Assembly (NCBI RefSeq): GCF_902459465.1
Contig: NC_047069.1
Span: forward strand, 21,390,001 to 21,454,000
DNA length: 64,000 nucleotides
Direction of reading: 5' to 3'
DNA from: Asterias rubens
Taxonomy: Eukaryota
Below the pieces are notes generated by a model, which was not told where the DNA came from, did not search any database, and saw only the letters and a list, made by a program, of their open reading frames with translations. This document shows positions 12,159 through 23,885 of the stretch, in pieces (the stretch's first letter is position 1; each line of letters starts with the position of its first letter). The position numbers were made by a program, and so were the translations under genes.

Positions 12159-12420
12159 TTAATGGCACCGGACACCTCTGGTAATTATCAAAGACCAGTA
12201 TTCTCACTCGATGCATTACATTACACATTTGTGACAATTAGACACAATTGGTCAACGGAGTTGCCAAAGGATAATGAAAGAAAAACAAACTTTCTGCACC
12301 AGTGTGCTTACATGGGTATAGCCAGTCTTCCTGAAGTCGTTAAACAATTTGAGTGAGAAGTTACCAAGTAAGTTTTTTTTGCAAACATGTGTAATGAACA
12401 ATAGTGTTCAGTGCCTTTAA
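12159..12420. mobile_element. Diverged, internally deleted family-A-like MITE
   Basis: TTAA TGGCACCGGACACCTCTGGTAATTATCAAAGACCAG...ATAGTGTTCAGTGCCT TTAA. Confidence 0.65.
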
Positions 12421-13754
12421 AAAATCACCAATCAAATATCTATATTTTTGTTTAAATAAATCATGGACAATGTGGGTAGATGATTCACGAAATATTTTAG
12501 TGTCAGGGAAAATGGGTTCTTGTGGTATTGTCCATTGATTTATACAGGTATTCCTCTCTCCTCGCAGCCTCAAATAAAACATCCTCAAATAAATGAATAT
12601 GTTCAAAATTGAAGGGACGCGCCATCACGAGCAACATGGATGAGCAATTATCACCCTCATACTTAAGGGACACGCGCGCCATCATTTTGAGCAACAGGGA
12701 TGAGAAAAATTGTAAGAATAGCTGTCGAGAAAACCAACACTAGACCAGCTTTAAATTCACTCCGTATCCCGCATCCTTCAAATGGCACATGCCCATTAAT
12801 GGGTTTGCCGCTTCATGCGTAAGGCAGCAGTAAATATTTACACGACCACTTGAGTGTAAACCTCTTATTGCGAAATAATACGGAATATGATTTTTAAAAG
12901 TATTATCCCGTACACACTTTAGCATTATATAAAGCAGTCTATGTGAAACAAAGGTAATTATTCTCAGAATAAAGTTTCATTCGTGATGTCGGTGAACATT
13001 TTTGTAAAAAGACTTCATATTATTATTATTTTTTTTTTTAAGAGCCACGACCCGTCAAGTGGACTTGTTGCTCTAGCGACCGCAAACATGGCATTGAATG
13101 AGTCGAAATACATTAACGGATCGTCCATTTAGATGACAAACACTAAAGTAATGTGATTCAACTGCATATTAATTTGTTTTGCAACATTAAAATGCACCAG
13201 AGGTTCGTGTAATAGTTCCAGGGAAGAGTTGGTCACGAACACATGACATCAAACTTAAACCAACACTCTATAGCCAGAATCTTAACTGCAGGGACTTCCA
13301 AAACATACACAGCCTTTTTTTACACCTGCGTATTATTTGGTTTTGTATGTTTCGCCTTTGTGATGTTTACTAAATGTCTGTTTTTTACAAACGAAATGCT
13401 TCACCCACATCAAGACGGGAGGCTAGCATGCACGTGCCGTGATTAACCTTTGAATTTTTGTTGAAGACAGGCTTTTTTATCCATAAGACTCGATCAAAAT
13501 AAAATTCACTGCAAACAGGCTGACTCGGCTTTCGGTCTCCGTGCAACATTTTGCATACGCAGCGAGCAGGCTAGTCCACATACCGGCAAAGAATTCTTGC
13601 TCGCGGCGTGAGACTGCATGTATGCGGTGACACCATGTCAAATCTCTTTTGTGAGTAGTGGAGGCTCTGAAAAGAGTCGGTTTGTACTGATCGACGGTTC
13701 AGTCATTGGCTCTGACCGTCCTCTGCAATGCAGACGAGTTGTCATTTTGATGTT

Positions 13755-14144
13755 TGAATGCAGTGGACACTATCGGTTTTACTCAAAAAATGTATAAGCA
13801 TATAACCTGTCTTGGTAACGAGTAATGGGGAGAGGTTGATACTATAAAACATTGTGAGAAACGGCTCCCTCTAAAGTAATGTAGTTTTCGAGAAAGAAGT
13901 AATTTTCCACGGATTTGATTTCAAGACCTCGGATTTATAATTTTAGGTATCGAAATCAAGCATCTGAAAGCAAACAACTTCGTGTGGCAAGGGTGTTTTT
14001 TCTCTCATTATTGTCTCGCAACTTCCACGACCGATTAAGCTCAAATTTTCACAGTTTTGTTTGTTAATTTATGCATACTGTCGAGATACACCCAAGTGTG
14101 AATGCTAGTCTTTGACAATTACCAATAGTGTCCAGTGTCTTTAA
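13755..14144. mobile_element. Kolobok-type MITE, family A
   Basis: GCAGTGGACACTATCGG...CCAATAGTGTCCAGTGTCT|TTAA with a family-A interior. Confidence 0.82.
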
Positions 14145-15603
14145 CAATGTAATATTTTGCTTAACAAATTTGATTCATCTTCAGATGTAGTTTGTGCACT
14201 TAAAATTGGCGTTTAAGGAAGAAAACAATCCACAGGCAAACAATTTTGCTTTTAGTCATTGGAAACTTTCACACGAGCAAAATATTTATCACACCAAAAT
14301 ATAAGAGAGATCCTCAGCAATAATTATAACAGGTTGGGTAGTTCTTCCAGACACGATTCATTGATCACCAGCAAGCCACGGTCGGACAGATAAACAAGGT
14401 TAAGATGCGGGTAGGCAGTGTTAGGCAATGTTACACGCACACGCATCCACCTTCGGTAAACATCCTTTATCAGCAGACCTTAACTAACCCCCCCCCCCAC
14501 TCACATCTCCCCTCCCCCTTCAGTTTAATTTTCAATCCACGCAGTGACACAAAATCAATTCAGCACAACACGTTATCATGGCTCAAGCTACCATTAATTC
14601 AGCACAACACGTTATCATGGCTCAAGCTACCACTTGTTTTGGACTTTAGAAATGCAATACGGATGTGGAAGTGATCCAAATGCCACAGTGTCCAAAATTC
14701 GTCTAAAAGGGCGAAACCGAATTAACTAATGAATGTACAAACAACTTTTAAAACACTAAGTGGTCATTTCGTTCCGTCCTTAAAACCAAAAACTAAATGT
14801 CATATAAACATAATGGGCAAAAGCTCTTCCGAAAGGTTATCAGAATTAATGAGATCCTGTCAGTATTAAATTCCATGTTCTAAAGCTGATTTGTAAAACA
14901 GAGGACTAATCGTCAGAAGAAAATTGTTGAGAGATTGTCAAATATTGACAGAGGCCCGTAGTGTTGTTTAATTACAAGACAGTGACGGAACAAGAACGAG
15001 GCGACGACATCGCAAGGACACACGACTATCAGGAACATGAACTGGTTTGTTATGTTCAACAGCAAGGAAAGCATTACTTTAAACATGACTATTTAGGGTC
15101 TAAATACGAAGTATGTGTTGCGCTTGCGGGATAACATTGTCCTGCCTCAAGCTTCAAGGGCTATCAGCGAATGTTAACTACCCCATCAGACATGTTTTCG
15201 TATTCTTCCTAAAATGGGTTGAAGTTTAAAAATTGTGCCTCTTGTATTCCACTTACTCATTGTTAGTTTATCTACAGGGCATGTTTCAAGCAGTACTTTC
15301 TGAGTTTGGTTGGTAACCCATTTAAGATGTCTCCAAGTCAATAAAATGTCCGGCTATAAATGAGAGTTAATTTTTAAAAACAAAATGAGAAGGTCATGGT
15401 AATGACTGCAGGGAGGCGCAACTATCCTTGTAACACTACCTATCATAAACAAATAAACCGACATTGAAACGACTGGTATAACCGACATTTGTAGCTTATA
15501 TATAAAGGGTATGCCTAAACACTTCAAGTTTAAATAACAGATGTGAGACTATAATCCAAAGTATTGCCTTCATATAGATCAGCCAAACACTTTACAAGCA
15601 GTT

Positions 15604-15815
15604 ATATAAACACATCAACAAAAGTAAGTGTCCCCCCCCCCCCCTCAAAAATTCATCATAACATCGTAAGGTATCCCCGATACAACTATTTAAGAAATAA
15701 TTCTATGACATGTTTCCGAAGTGTTGTTAATTATTTTTAACGGTAAAATGTTTTACCTTACGATGTTATGACGAACTGTTGAGGGGGAGACTTACTTTTG
15801 TTGATGTGTTTATAT
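15604..15815. mobile_element. TA-flanked Tc1/mariner-like MITE, about 210 bp, about 65-bp inverted repeats
   Basis: TATAAACACATCAACAAAAGTAAGT..CATAACATCGTAAGGTA is mirrored by TACCTTACGATGTTATG..ACTTACTTTTGTTGATGTGTTTATA. Confidence 0.7.
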
Positions 15816-16881
15816 GGATAAAAAAGACCAATTGTAGATATTAAATCATGAACTACCTTATATCCTGACCCATCAGGGTTTGTTGTCGCTCTCCGTTCTT
15901 CGCCATGTTTTACAAATTGATATCCAAGAAAAAGGCACTGAGAAAAAAGGTTGCCACCTTTTAGCTGACATTATCGGCCATTGATTGACAGAATAATTTA
16001 CAGAGCTGCTTTTTGCTGAGTTTAGGATTCGTATGGACATTTATTATTTCAATGATTTTGAGGTCTCCATCTGAAAACCCAGTCCACGTCGACGATTTAC
16101 AATGTCCATGCCAACAACACAGACATTATAGTGCTCTTTTATTTTTAATGTGGCCGCCGAATTCATTATTTGTTGTCACAAGTTGTCTTTATAATGTGGT
16201 GTTTATTGAAAGTCTAATAAATCGCCATTGTATAAATTTGCAAAAAAAAAAACCAAAAAACAATGCATTTCGTTTTAAAATTGGTATCTCCTCTGTGCAT
16301 AGCTGTTATTTATTGTAATATTCTCGGTTCACATGTCAAGCAATATATGTGTTAAATTATGTTTGTTGGACATGTAATGAGGCTCCTGGTTGACATACCC
16401 AGGGGTCTGACGTCATAATGGCTCTATTAGTAGGGCAGCTGTCTGCTCCCTAACAATATGGATTTTAAGGGTAATAATAATAATAATGTAAGGCGCTTTC
16501 AGAGAAATTTCAGCTTGATAGAAACCGCATAATAAAAACATCTCCTTTCTAGCGGCATAATATGAACCGCATACAAAGACGTTGTGTGCTTCGATATTTG
16601 TAAATGGGTTATGTTGTATCAAAGGGTGTAAGTTCGCTTCGTATCGTCAATGAAGTTTCTTTACGACATAATTGGATATGTGTTTCTTAACTATCACGAC
16701 CCTTTCGCTGACCTAGACAGAGTTTTAGAAAGTGGTTTATTTCAAAAATATCATCAAAATCGAATAAACAATAAACGAGATAACTATGAGTCCGTCCTAT
16801 GCATCTTAATGTCCCTTTGTATTGAGCCCAAATCACGACGGATGTGTACGATTAAGAGCCAAAGTGAAAGTATTTCAATTA

Positions 16882-17267
16882 TTAAAGACAGTGGACACTA
16901 TTGGTAATTGTCAAAGACTAGTCTTCACAGTTGGTGTATCTCAACATATGCATAAAATAACAAACCTGTGAAAATTTGAGCTCAATCGGTCGTCGAAGTT
17001 GCGAGATAATAATGAAAGAAAAAACACCGTTGTCACACGAAGTTGTGTGCTTTCTGATGCTTGATTTCGAGACCTCAAATTCTAAACTTGAGGTCTCGAA
17101 ATCAAATTCGTGGAAAATTACTTCTTTCTCGAAAACTACGTCACTTCAGAGGGAGCTGTTTCTCACAATATTTTATACCCTCAACCTCTCCCCATTACTC
17201 GTAATCAAGAAAGGTTTTATGATGATAATTATTTTGAGTAATTACCAGTAGTGTCCACTGCTTTTCA
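16882..17267. mobile_element. Kolobok-type MITE, family A
   Basis: TTAA|AGACAGTGGACACTATTGGTAATTGTCAAAGAC...GTAGTGTCCACTGC. It contains the central hairpin TTGATTTCGAGACCTCA/TGAGGTCTCGAAATCAA. Confidence 0.87.
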
Positions 17268-17982
17268 AAGTGAGTGACAAGCACTTACCATTAGTTATTG
17301 ATAAACTCCATACGGTGGGACAGAACGTTGATGTGTTCATACTAGTATAACGGTGGTATTTCTTGGCTGGTACGTAGAAAACAATGAAATCACAAAAGCT
17401 AATCTGGAATAAACGGAAAAGTAAGCAGTCAGTAAACTCTAAAGCAAAACACAAGTGATTACAATTTGATATATGAGCATACTCTAATCAGAGGCTCAAC
17501 ATTAATGAGTCGAGACCTTCGAAACTCTGGCTTTTAGAATCAATTTAGTGGGAGTGGAGTACAAATGTTCGATGGTTGTTCTTTACAGCGACTCAGGTTT
17601 AACTACCAAATAATTGCAAGCTTCTCTTTATCACTTCCATGAAGCGGATCAATTTTGTTTCTTAATTTTCTGAATCAAGCAGACACGTCTATAACTTAAT
17701 GGACATTCACCGACGTTACAATGTACACATTCTGTTGCACATTACGATTTGTTTGTACGTTTTGATACTTATGTCACATTTAGATCGTATTTAGCTAGAC
17801 AGAATAGCGGATGCAACAACGACTTTAACAAAAACCACTGCAGGAGATGCAACTGCAACAATAGCAGCAGCAACGATGACAATAGGCTGGACAATATATA
17901 GAACGGCACCAATTTAGCAGAAACAGCATCGGCAACATATCTAACAACGACAGCAGAACTGTAGCAAAGAAACCGAATACTG

Positions 17983-18231
17983 TCAATTTTACACAAGAGC
18001 AACTTAGCAAGGATCCCTCGTTAAATCTTAGCATGGTTGTAAAATGTTAACAAAATGGACCTGTGAAAGGACACTTTTCAACAAGTTGTTTATAAAACGC
18101 ATTTGAGAGTTTGGCTCAGTTTTACGAACATTGACGTCCTTTCTCACTACAGTACATTATTTGTAAAACTTCACAACAGTGCTACAATTTAGCAAGGGAG
18201 CCTTGCTAAGTTGCTTTCGTATAAATAGGGC
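17983..18231. mobile_element. MITE family E, about 60-bp imperfect inverted repeats (superfamily uncertain)
   Basis: TTACACAAGAGCAACTTAGCAAGGATCCCTCG versus CAAGGGAGCCTTGCTAAGTTGCTTTCGTATAA. A related copy lies near 53.5 kb. Confidence 0.6.
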
Positions 18232-19410
18232 TTATTACATATTCACCCCACAGTCACCGATCACAGCACACCATCAACAACACCACTTTGGAATCAACAA
18301 CCCTGCAACAACGTGACACACCGGCAACATCACCAGCACCAACCACATCATCTACATTAGCATCGACATTAGATATCATTAAAAAACCAGCAATGCAGAT
18401 TCAAAATACCAGTATAGGATATTCATAATACAATATACTGTAATTATACTAAATGACTTCTGCAATCAATATTTCAGATTATCACCTAACTGAGCAGAAA
18501 TTGAATGTTCCTTACACATAACTAAGCCATTAGCGTTGGGCTTGTTGTACATACACTCGTTAGGAATCAAATCGTGTGTACGTCGTGAACATATCTTACT
18601 AGTTGAAATCTCCAGTAATTCTAACATGTGGTCTAATCATTCGTTATGAAACAAATCATTTGTATGTCGTGAACATATATTGCTAATTGACATCTCCAGT
18701 AATTCTAACGTGGTTATTCCTCCATGGTCTTGAAGCACAACTGGAAGTTAAGGAAATCCTCTCTACGTTCCACGAGGCGAGGGGAATCCATGAGCAGAAT
18801 GCAGCGTGTTTACAGTCAACATGCAGTGATTTCCGGACGTGTAGAGGCGTTCTGCTTCAGCGATAATCTTGTATTTGCCTGAGGCTAACCACACGGTTCA
18901 CAATTAAACCTCGTTCTCGGAACCTTCTCTCAAGAGAACTTGGACAGGCAATAACGTCCACACAGAAACATATCATAATAAAAACATCCAGCATAAAACA
19001 ATTGACGAGGGCAGCAAATTAATACATGTACGTGGGTTATCACCAAAAATGCGAGAAGACACAACGTGTGTGACTTATTATAGGAGAGTCTATGCTTGAT
19101 GGATAGGCGTTTGATTCTTAACCAAAAGGCAATTATTGTGCAGTGACATGAGTGATTACATTCCATTGCGTCATGGTTTAATGACGATTGGTTAAACCTT
19201 AATGCAAATAGTCTACAAGTATTTAACGCTTTGCCGTAAATGACTGAGGTTTCACCTGAGTGTATAGGCCAAGTCTAAGTCGATGGGTGGGGCTACGCAG
19301 CATTCAATACCGGTACGGCTCATATTATATGTAACCCCATACCTAATTGTAATACCAACCCACCAAATGAATCGCAACACTGTAGCCGAATTTAGTTCCG
19401 GACTTCTTTT

Positions 19411-20127
19411 ATGTGCAATGTTGAGGTTTTATTTGAGCCTGGGCTACATTCAGGTACAATGTTGAGGTTTGATTTGAGTCAGGGCTACATTCAGGTACAA
19501 TGTTGAGGTTTGATTCGAGTCAGGGCTACATTTAGGTACAATGCTGAGGTTTGATTCGAGTCAGGGCTACATTTAGGTACAATGTTGAGGTTTGATTCGA
19601 GTCAGGGCTACATTTAGGTACAATGTTGAGGTTTGATTCGAGTCAGGGTTACATTTAGGTACAATGTTGAGGTTTGATTTGAGCCTGGGCTACATTTAGG
19701 TACAATGTTGAGGTTTGATTCGAGTCAGGGCTACATTTAGGTACAATGTTGAGGTTTGATTCGAGTCAGGGCTATATTTAGGTACAATGTTGAGGTTTGA
19801 TTTGAGTCAGGGCTACATTTAGGTACAATGTTGAGGTTTGATTTGAGACTGGGCTACATTTAGGTACAATGTTGAGGTTTGATTTGAGCCTGGGCTACAT
19901 TTAGGTACAATGTTGAGGTTTGATTCGAGTCAGGGCTACATTTATGTACAATGTTGAGGTTTGATTCGAGTCAGGGCTACATTTAGGTACAATGTTGAGG
20001 TTTGATTTGAGTCAGGGCTACATTTAGGTACAATGTTGAGGTTTGATTTGAGCCTGGGCTACATTTAGGTTCAATGTGGAGGCTTGATTCGAGTCAGGGC
20101 TACATTTAGAAACAATGTTGAGGTTCG
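19411..20127. repeat. 41-bp minisatellite, about 17.5 head-to-tail copies
   Basis: Unit AGGTACAATGTTGAGGTTTGATTYGAGTCAGGGCTACATTT; exact 41-bp phase from 19452 to 20107; no spacers. Confidence 0.97.
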
Positions 20128-20406
20128 AGATTAAGTGGGATGAGGTTCCAACGAGATTACACCGTGGAAAATATCGACTACTGATGGGTGCAATGCAAAG
20201 GAATGCTGCTATACAAAACAAAGTATTTTCTCGTTTGACATCGGCACGGAGCAAAATAATGAGAGACGATCCAGTACCCTGACACATGTTTGGAATATTT
20301 ATTTAAAGCATGTAGGTTGTTTATTTTACCGATAGTTTCGTCCGCTACAATACGAGACTGACAATGCTGCTTTACGGTGGCAATCTTCATCAAGATTTTA
20401 ATCGTC

Positions 20407-20562
20407 TACAAAAGAGTTAGGACTCGTTTTATCTCGAGGTAGGACGAGTAACTCGTCTTAACTTAGGATTAATCTTAAGGTCCGCATGCTACAGTGCAGG
20501 GTTGGGACTCGTCCTAAATCCTAAGATTAGTCTTAAGTTTGAAAGAGTTTTGTGAAATCGAC
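20407..20562. mobile_element. Short self-complementary MITE-like element (possibly PIF/Harbinger-derived)
   Basis: Repeated TTAGGACTCGT and ACGAGTAACTCGTCTTAACTTAGGA motifs occur in both orientations, and it ends in TTTTGTGAAATCGAC. No clear target duplication. Confidence 0.4.
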
Positions 20563-20564
20563 GG

Positions 20565-20930
20565 CTGGACACCTTTGGTAATTGTCAAAGAACAGTCTTC
20601 TCACTTGGTGTATCTCAACATATGCACAAAACAACACACCTTTGAACTTGATTGGTCGTCGAAGTTAATAGATAATAACGGAAGGAAAACACCTTTGTCA
20701 CACAAAGCTGTGTGCTTTCAGATGCTTGATTTCGGGACCTCAAAATCTAATTATGAGGTATCGAAATCAAACTCAAACATTTAGTGGGTAATTACTTCTT
20801 CCTCGAAAACGGCGTTACTAAGAGGAAGCCGTTTCCCACAATGTTTTATACTATCAATAGCTCTCCATTACCAAGTAAGTTATTATGCTAACAATAATTT
20901 TTAATATTACCAACAGTGGCCAGTGCCTTT
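20565..20930. mobile_element. Kolobok-type MITE, family A (left terminus truncated)
   Basis: TGGACACCTTTGGTAATTGTCAAAGA...CCAACAGTGGCCAGTGCCTT. Confidence 0.8.
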
Positions 20931-23468
20931 TCAAACCCTCTTGCCCGCATTCCGCAAGGTATCTTTAAGCTTAATACAACAAAATATATTATTGTGTTTG
21001 TTGTTGTCGTTAACACATTTCTCCACTTGTTAGGGCCAAAAATTGAAATAAGTTTCTGGAAAACGTCAGACGTGTTTTGCTGCCAAAGTAGCAGGTATAC
21101 ATTTTCCAGATCACTGCATGTAAAAGTCATATTCTTCTTCTTGCATCGTATTTTTTAACAACAAACAACCACAGAATACCAGTGTGTACCAGTGTCTATT
21201 TAAGCATGATTTAAGACAGGCGTGCAGGTGTCTGCTCGCAATCTACATTTTATTTGCTTGAGCCCCGTGATTTCGACTAACTCGAAACTGTAGCCGCGGA
21301 CAAACAAGCCGCAACTGCTTCAGAGGATCACCTGCTTTAGTGGCTGTTATGATTACCACAGATCTAGAAATAAGTACACGCAGGGGATGATCAATCTAAC
21401 CGGTACGTTTGAAGGGAAGCAACAAATCACTTACTCTGCGAGCATTTTTAATAATTTACTTGCTATTCACATACATGAGAGATGATATAAGAGTGACACC
21501 AGAGTATTTATGAGCCTGGCCATGATGGAACTTTATATCACAAACTATGTTTTTTAATAAAACACTCTTCTTTTCGTATTACTGCCTTTTTTATTTGGTA
21601 TCGTTTTAGACTTAAAAAACATGTTTTACAATTATGATTGTTGTTTGATCTGTTTTAATAAACAAATCCGAAGAATTTAAATACATAGAGCCACAACAAT
21701 TTAAAAAAAAACCTGAATACACACAACAGTTGCCCCAAAACAATGTTTAATAACCTAGCCTCAACAAAATACTGGCATGACACAACCTTGAATTGAGTAT
21801 GTTGTTCTCTTTCTTTGGAGTTTGGTAGCAAAGCATCATAGCATGGGAGATTGGGAATTCCTTCTGGCAGACGATCACGCAACGTCACAGTAAAAAAAAA
21901 ATATTACTTGTAAATTATATCATTTCAATAATCAATAATCCATTATAAAATTGGTGGCTATGATACCACGCATGACGTTTCACGAAATCATTTCCTATGG
22001 GCAGGTTATTTCATAAATAGTAATCGAATCAGCCGTGTCCTTATGTGTCATTGATGATTTAAAATGGCTACACGACAGTGCAAAGCAAATCAAACTGGCC
22101 TAGACGAATCTGAACCATAGCATACAATACAAAAACAAGGCCCGTATTTATATCTGTATGTACAGGGTAATTCTGACATACACGAAACACTTCACATATT
22201 ATACTCGAAGTTTGAAGGTTAAATAAGGCGCACGTTGGCACTTGAGATGTGTGAGGGTACTGATGAAGTATCATGTATCGTATAACACCTCCACAGATGA
22301 GGTCATCCCTCTGAACAAACACAAACCTTATAGAAAGTGTTTCATCAAGATGTTAAGCCATGTTTCAATGCTTTTCTTTGGGAACGCTTTAAGTGTTAAA
22401 AAAAAACAGCTAATGTGTTTGGGGTAGTTCAGTTTCTTGCATCTCAAAGACGAAGCCAGTGGAACTATCGCACACTATAGGGGCAATTCATGTCATAGCA
22501 TTTGATGTTGAACTTGGTTACAGTTTCTTCTTGTTGCTTCAGCCAAACTGGATCAACAAGCAGAGGACGTTTAGTGACATGTATTGGATAATTGTCACTT
22601 TGGACTTACACAAATAAATGGATGCTAAACACTCCAGCGCAGGACACTTAAGGACACGATAAACTGGCCCAAAAACATAGGCATTATCAAATTACTCGTT
22701 TATCTCCATATTTTTTCCTCTTTCTTATTAAATATTTTTAACCACACCACAAGCACACATGTTTTTACGTGGCCTTACATTATTGGGTTATATGTAAGTG
22801 CTTGTTTGGCAGTTTCCCGCGTTGTGTGGGTCTATTACTGAAAAGTTGACACTTTACTGTGCATGGCGCGAATGAGGCAACCTTGACGTCACACGTCCCA
22901 ACAAATCAGTCCTGCGAATAAACGTCACTCATGTTGTGCTTGTTACGGCCAATGACGTCACAACCATAATTATACGAGGTTAATAAGTATAGTCCTTGCG
23001 GGAAAAACGGCAGTACTACACCACTCAAGTTGCTGAAAATGGGCACAGTATTGTTCCTAAAATGCATAACATGAAGAATGTAAAACTAATCTTGAACAAA
23101 CAACAACTTCAACAAGTGTTGAGCAACATCGAACAAGCAAAACCGTCTAACTGTAGTTAGTTAGTAGTTATTTGACCTGGTAACACTTTGTTTTCATTCA
23201 TGTTTTCAGTCACGTTTCGTCCACCAATGATATTTAGGATCAAGGGGGAAACAAATTTTTAAAAATTATGTTATTGTTATAATTTCAAATTACCCAAAAC
23301 GTGCGTATATAGGGGTAAAGTAGTTTATACGCTGTCACTTCAGGCCATCGGTACATAATACTGTCCTTCGACAATGAAGCTGTTTACGCGCAGCGAGTGA
23401 ACCTCACGGAATATGATTTAAATGTACGTTTTGCTGGAACGCTAATTTACTTGACACGAAGTATAGGG

Positions 23469-23885
23469 ATAATAATAATAATATATCGAAGTCTTATATA
23501 GCGCACGTATCTACCAAACAAGGTACTCAAGGCGCTGAGTATATACACACTTTCAGAAAGATAGGTTATTGCAGTGATGAATTCTGAGACCCAATTTTTA
23601 GCACCTTATAAGGGTTTACAAGGTGCTACGGCTCATTAAGCAGCCACAACCAGGAACACTGGGGCGAACCCCTTCTCTTTTCGATAAGTGCACTGGTTTT
23701 TTTACATGCGTTACACAACACATGGGACCAACGGCTTTACGTCCCATCCGAAGGACGAAGCAATGGTTAAGTGTCTTGCTCAAGGACACAGTGTTACGGC
23801 TGGGGATTCGAACCCACACTCTGCTGATCAGAAACACCAGAGTTTGAATTCGGTGCTCTTAACCGCTCGGCCACGACACTTCCAC
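23469..23885 (-). mobile_element. tRNA-derived SINE, apparently full length, with a CORE-like central domain and an L2-like 3' tail
   Basis: A box TGGCCGAGCGGTT (23861-23873), B box GGTTCGAATCC (23804-23814), central GTGTCCTTGAGCAAGACACTT, and tail TGCGCTATATAAGA followed by (TTA)n. Confidence 0.88.

Noticed and set aside
13535-13575. Imperfect hairpin followed by CTAG|T, like a Helitron 3' end
   Set aside because: The hairpin is weak, no 5' TC end was identified, and there is no second copy in the window.
16650-16907. 85-aa ORF with faint resemblance to a transposase C-terminus
   Set aside because: The spacing does not fit the motif, and the ORF ends inside a MITE. Not supportable without a profile search.
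16976-17251. Recurring ORF (EKTPLSHEVVCFxMLDFETSNSKLEVSKSNSWKITS), also at 20539, 31213, 39148/39327, 44668 and 58813
   Set aside because: All lie inside copies of the family-A MITE. It is a chance frame of the repeat consensus with no protein motif.
19411-20127. 41-bp array as a CRISPR array
   Set aside because: The units are head-to-tail with no unique spacers, there are no cas genes, and the context is eukaryotic.
22060-22700. Cys-rich protein-like minus-strand fragments (KRPLLVDPVWLKQQEE...KCYDMNCPY)
   Set aside because: Multiple stops and frameshifts and no family I can name. It might be a very old coding remnant, but the evidence is insufficient.
23800-23885. A and B boxes as a tRNA gene
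   Set aside because: They continue directly into a SINE body and tail, and I see no complete cloverleaf.
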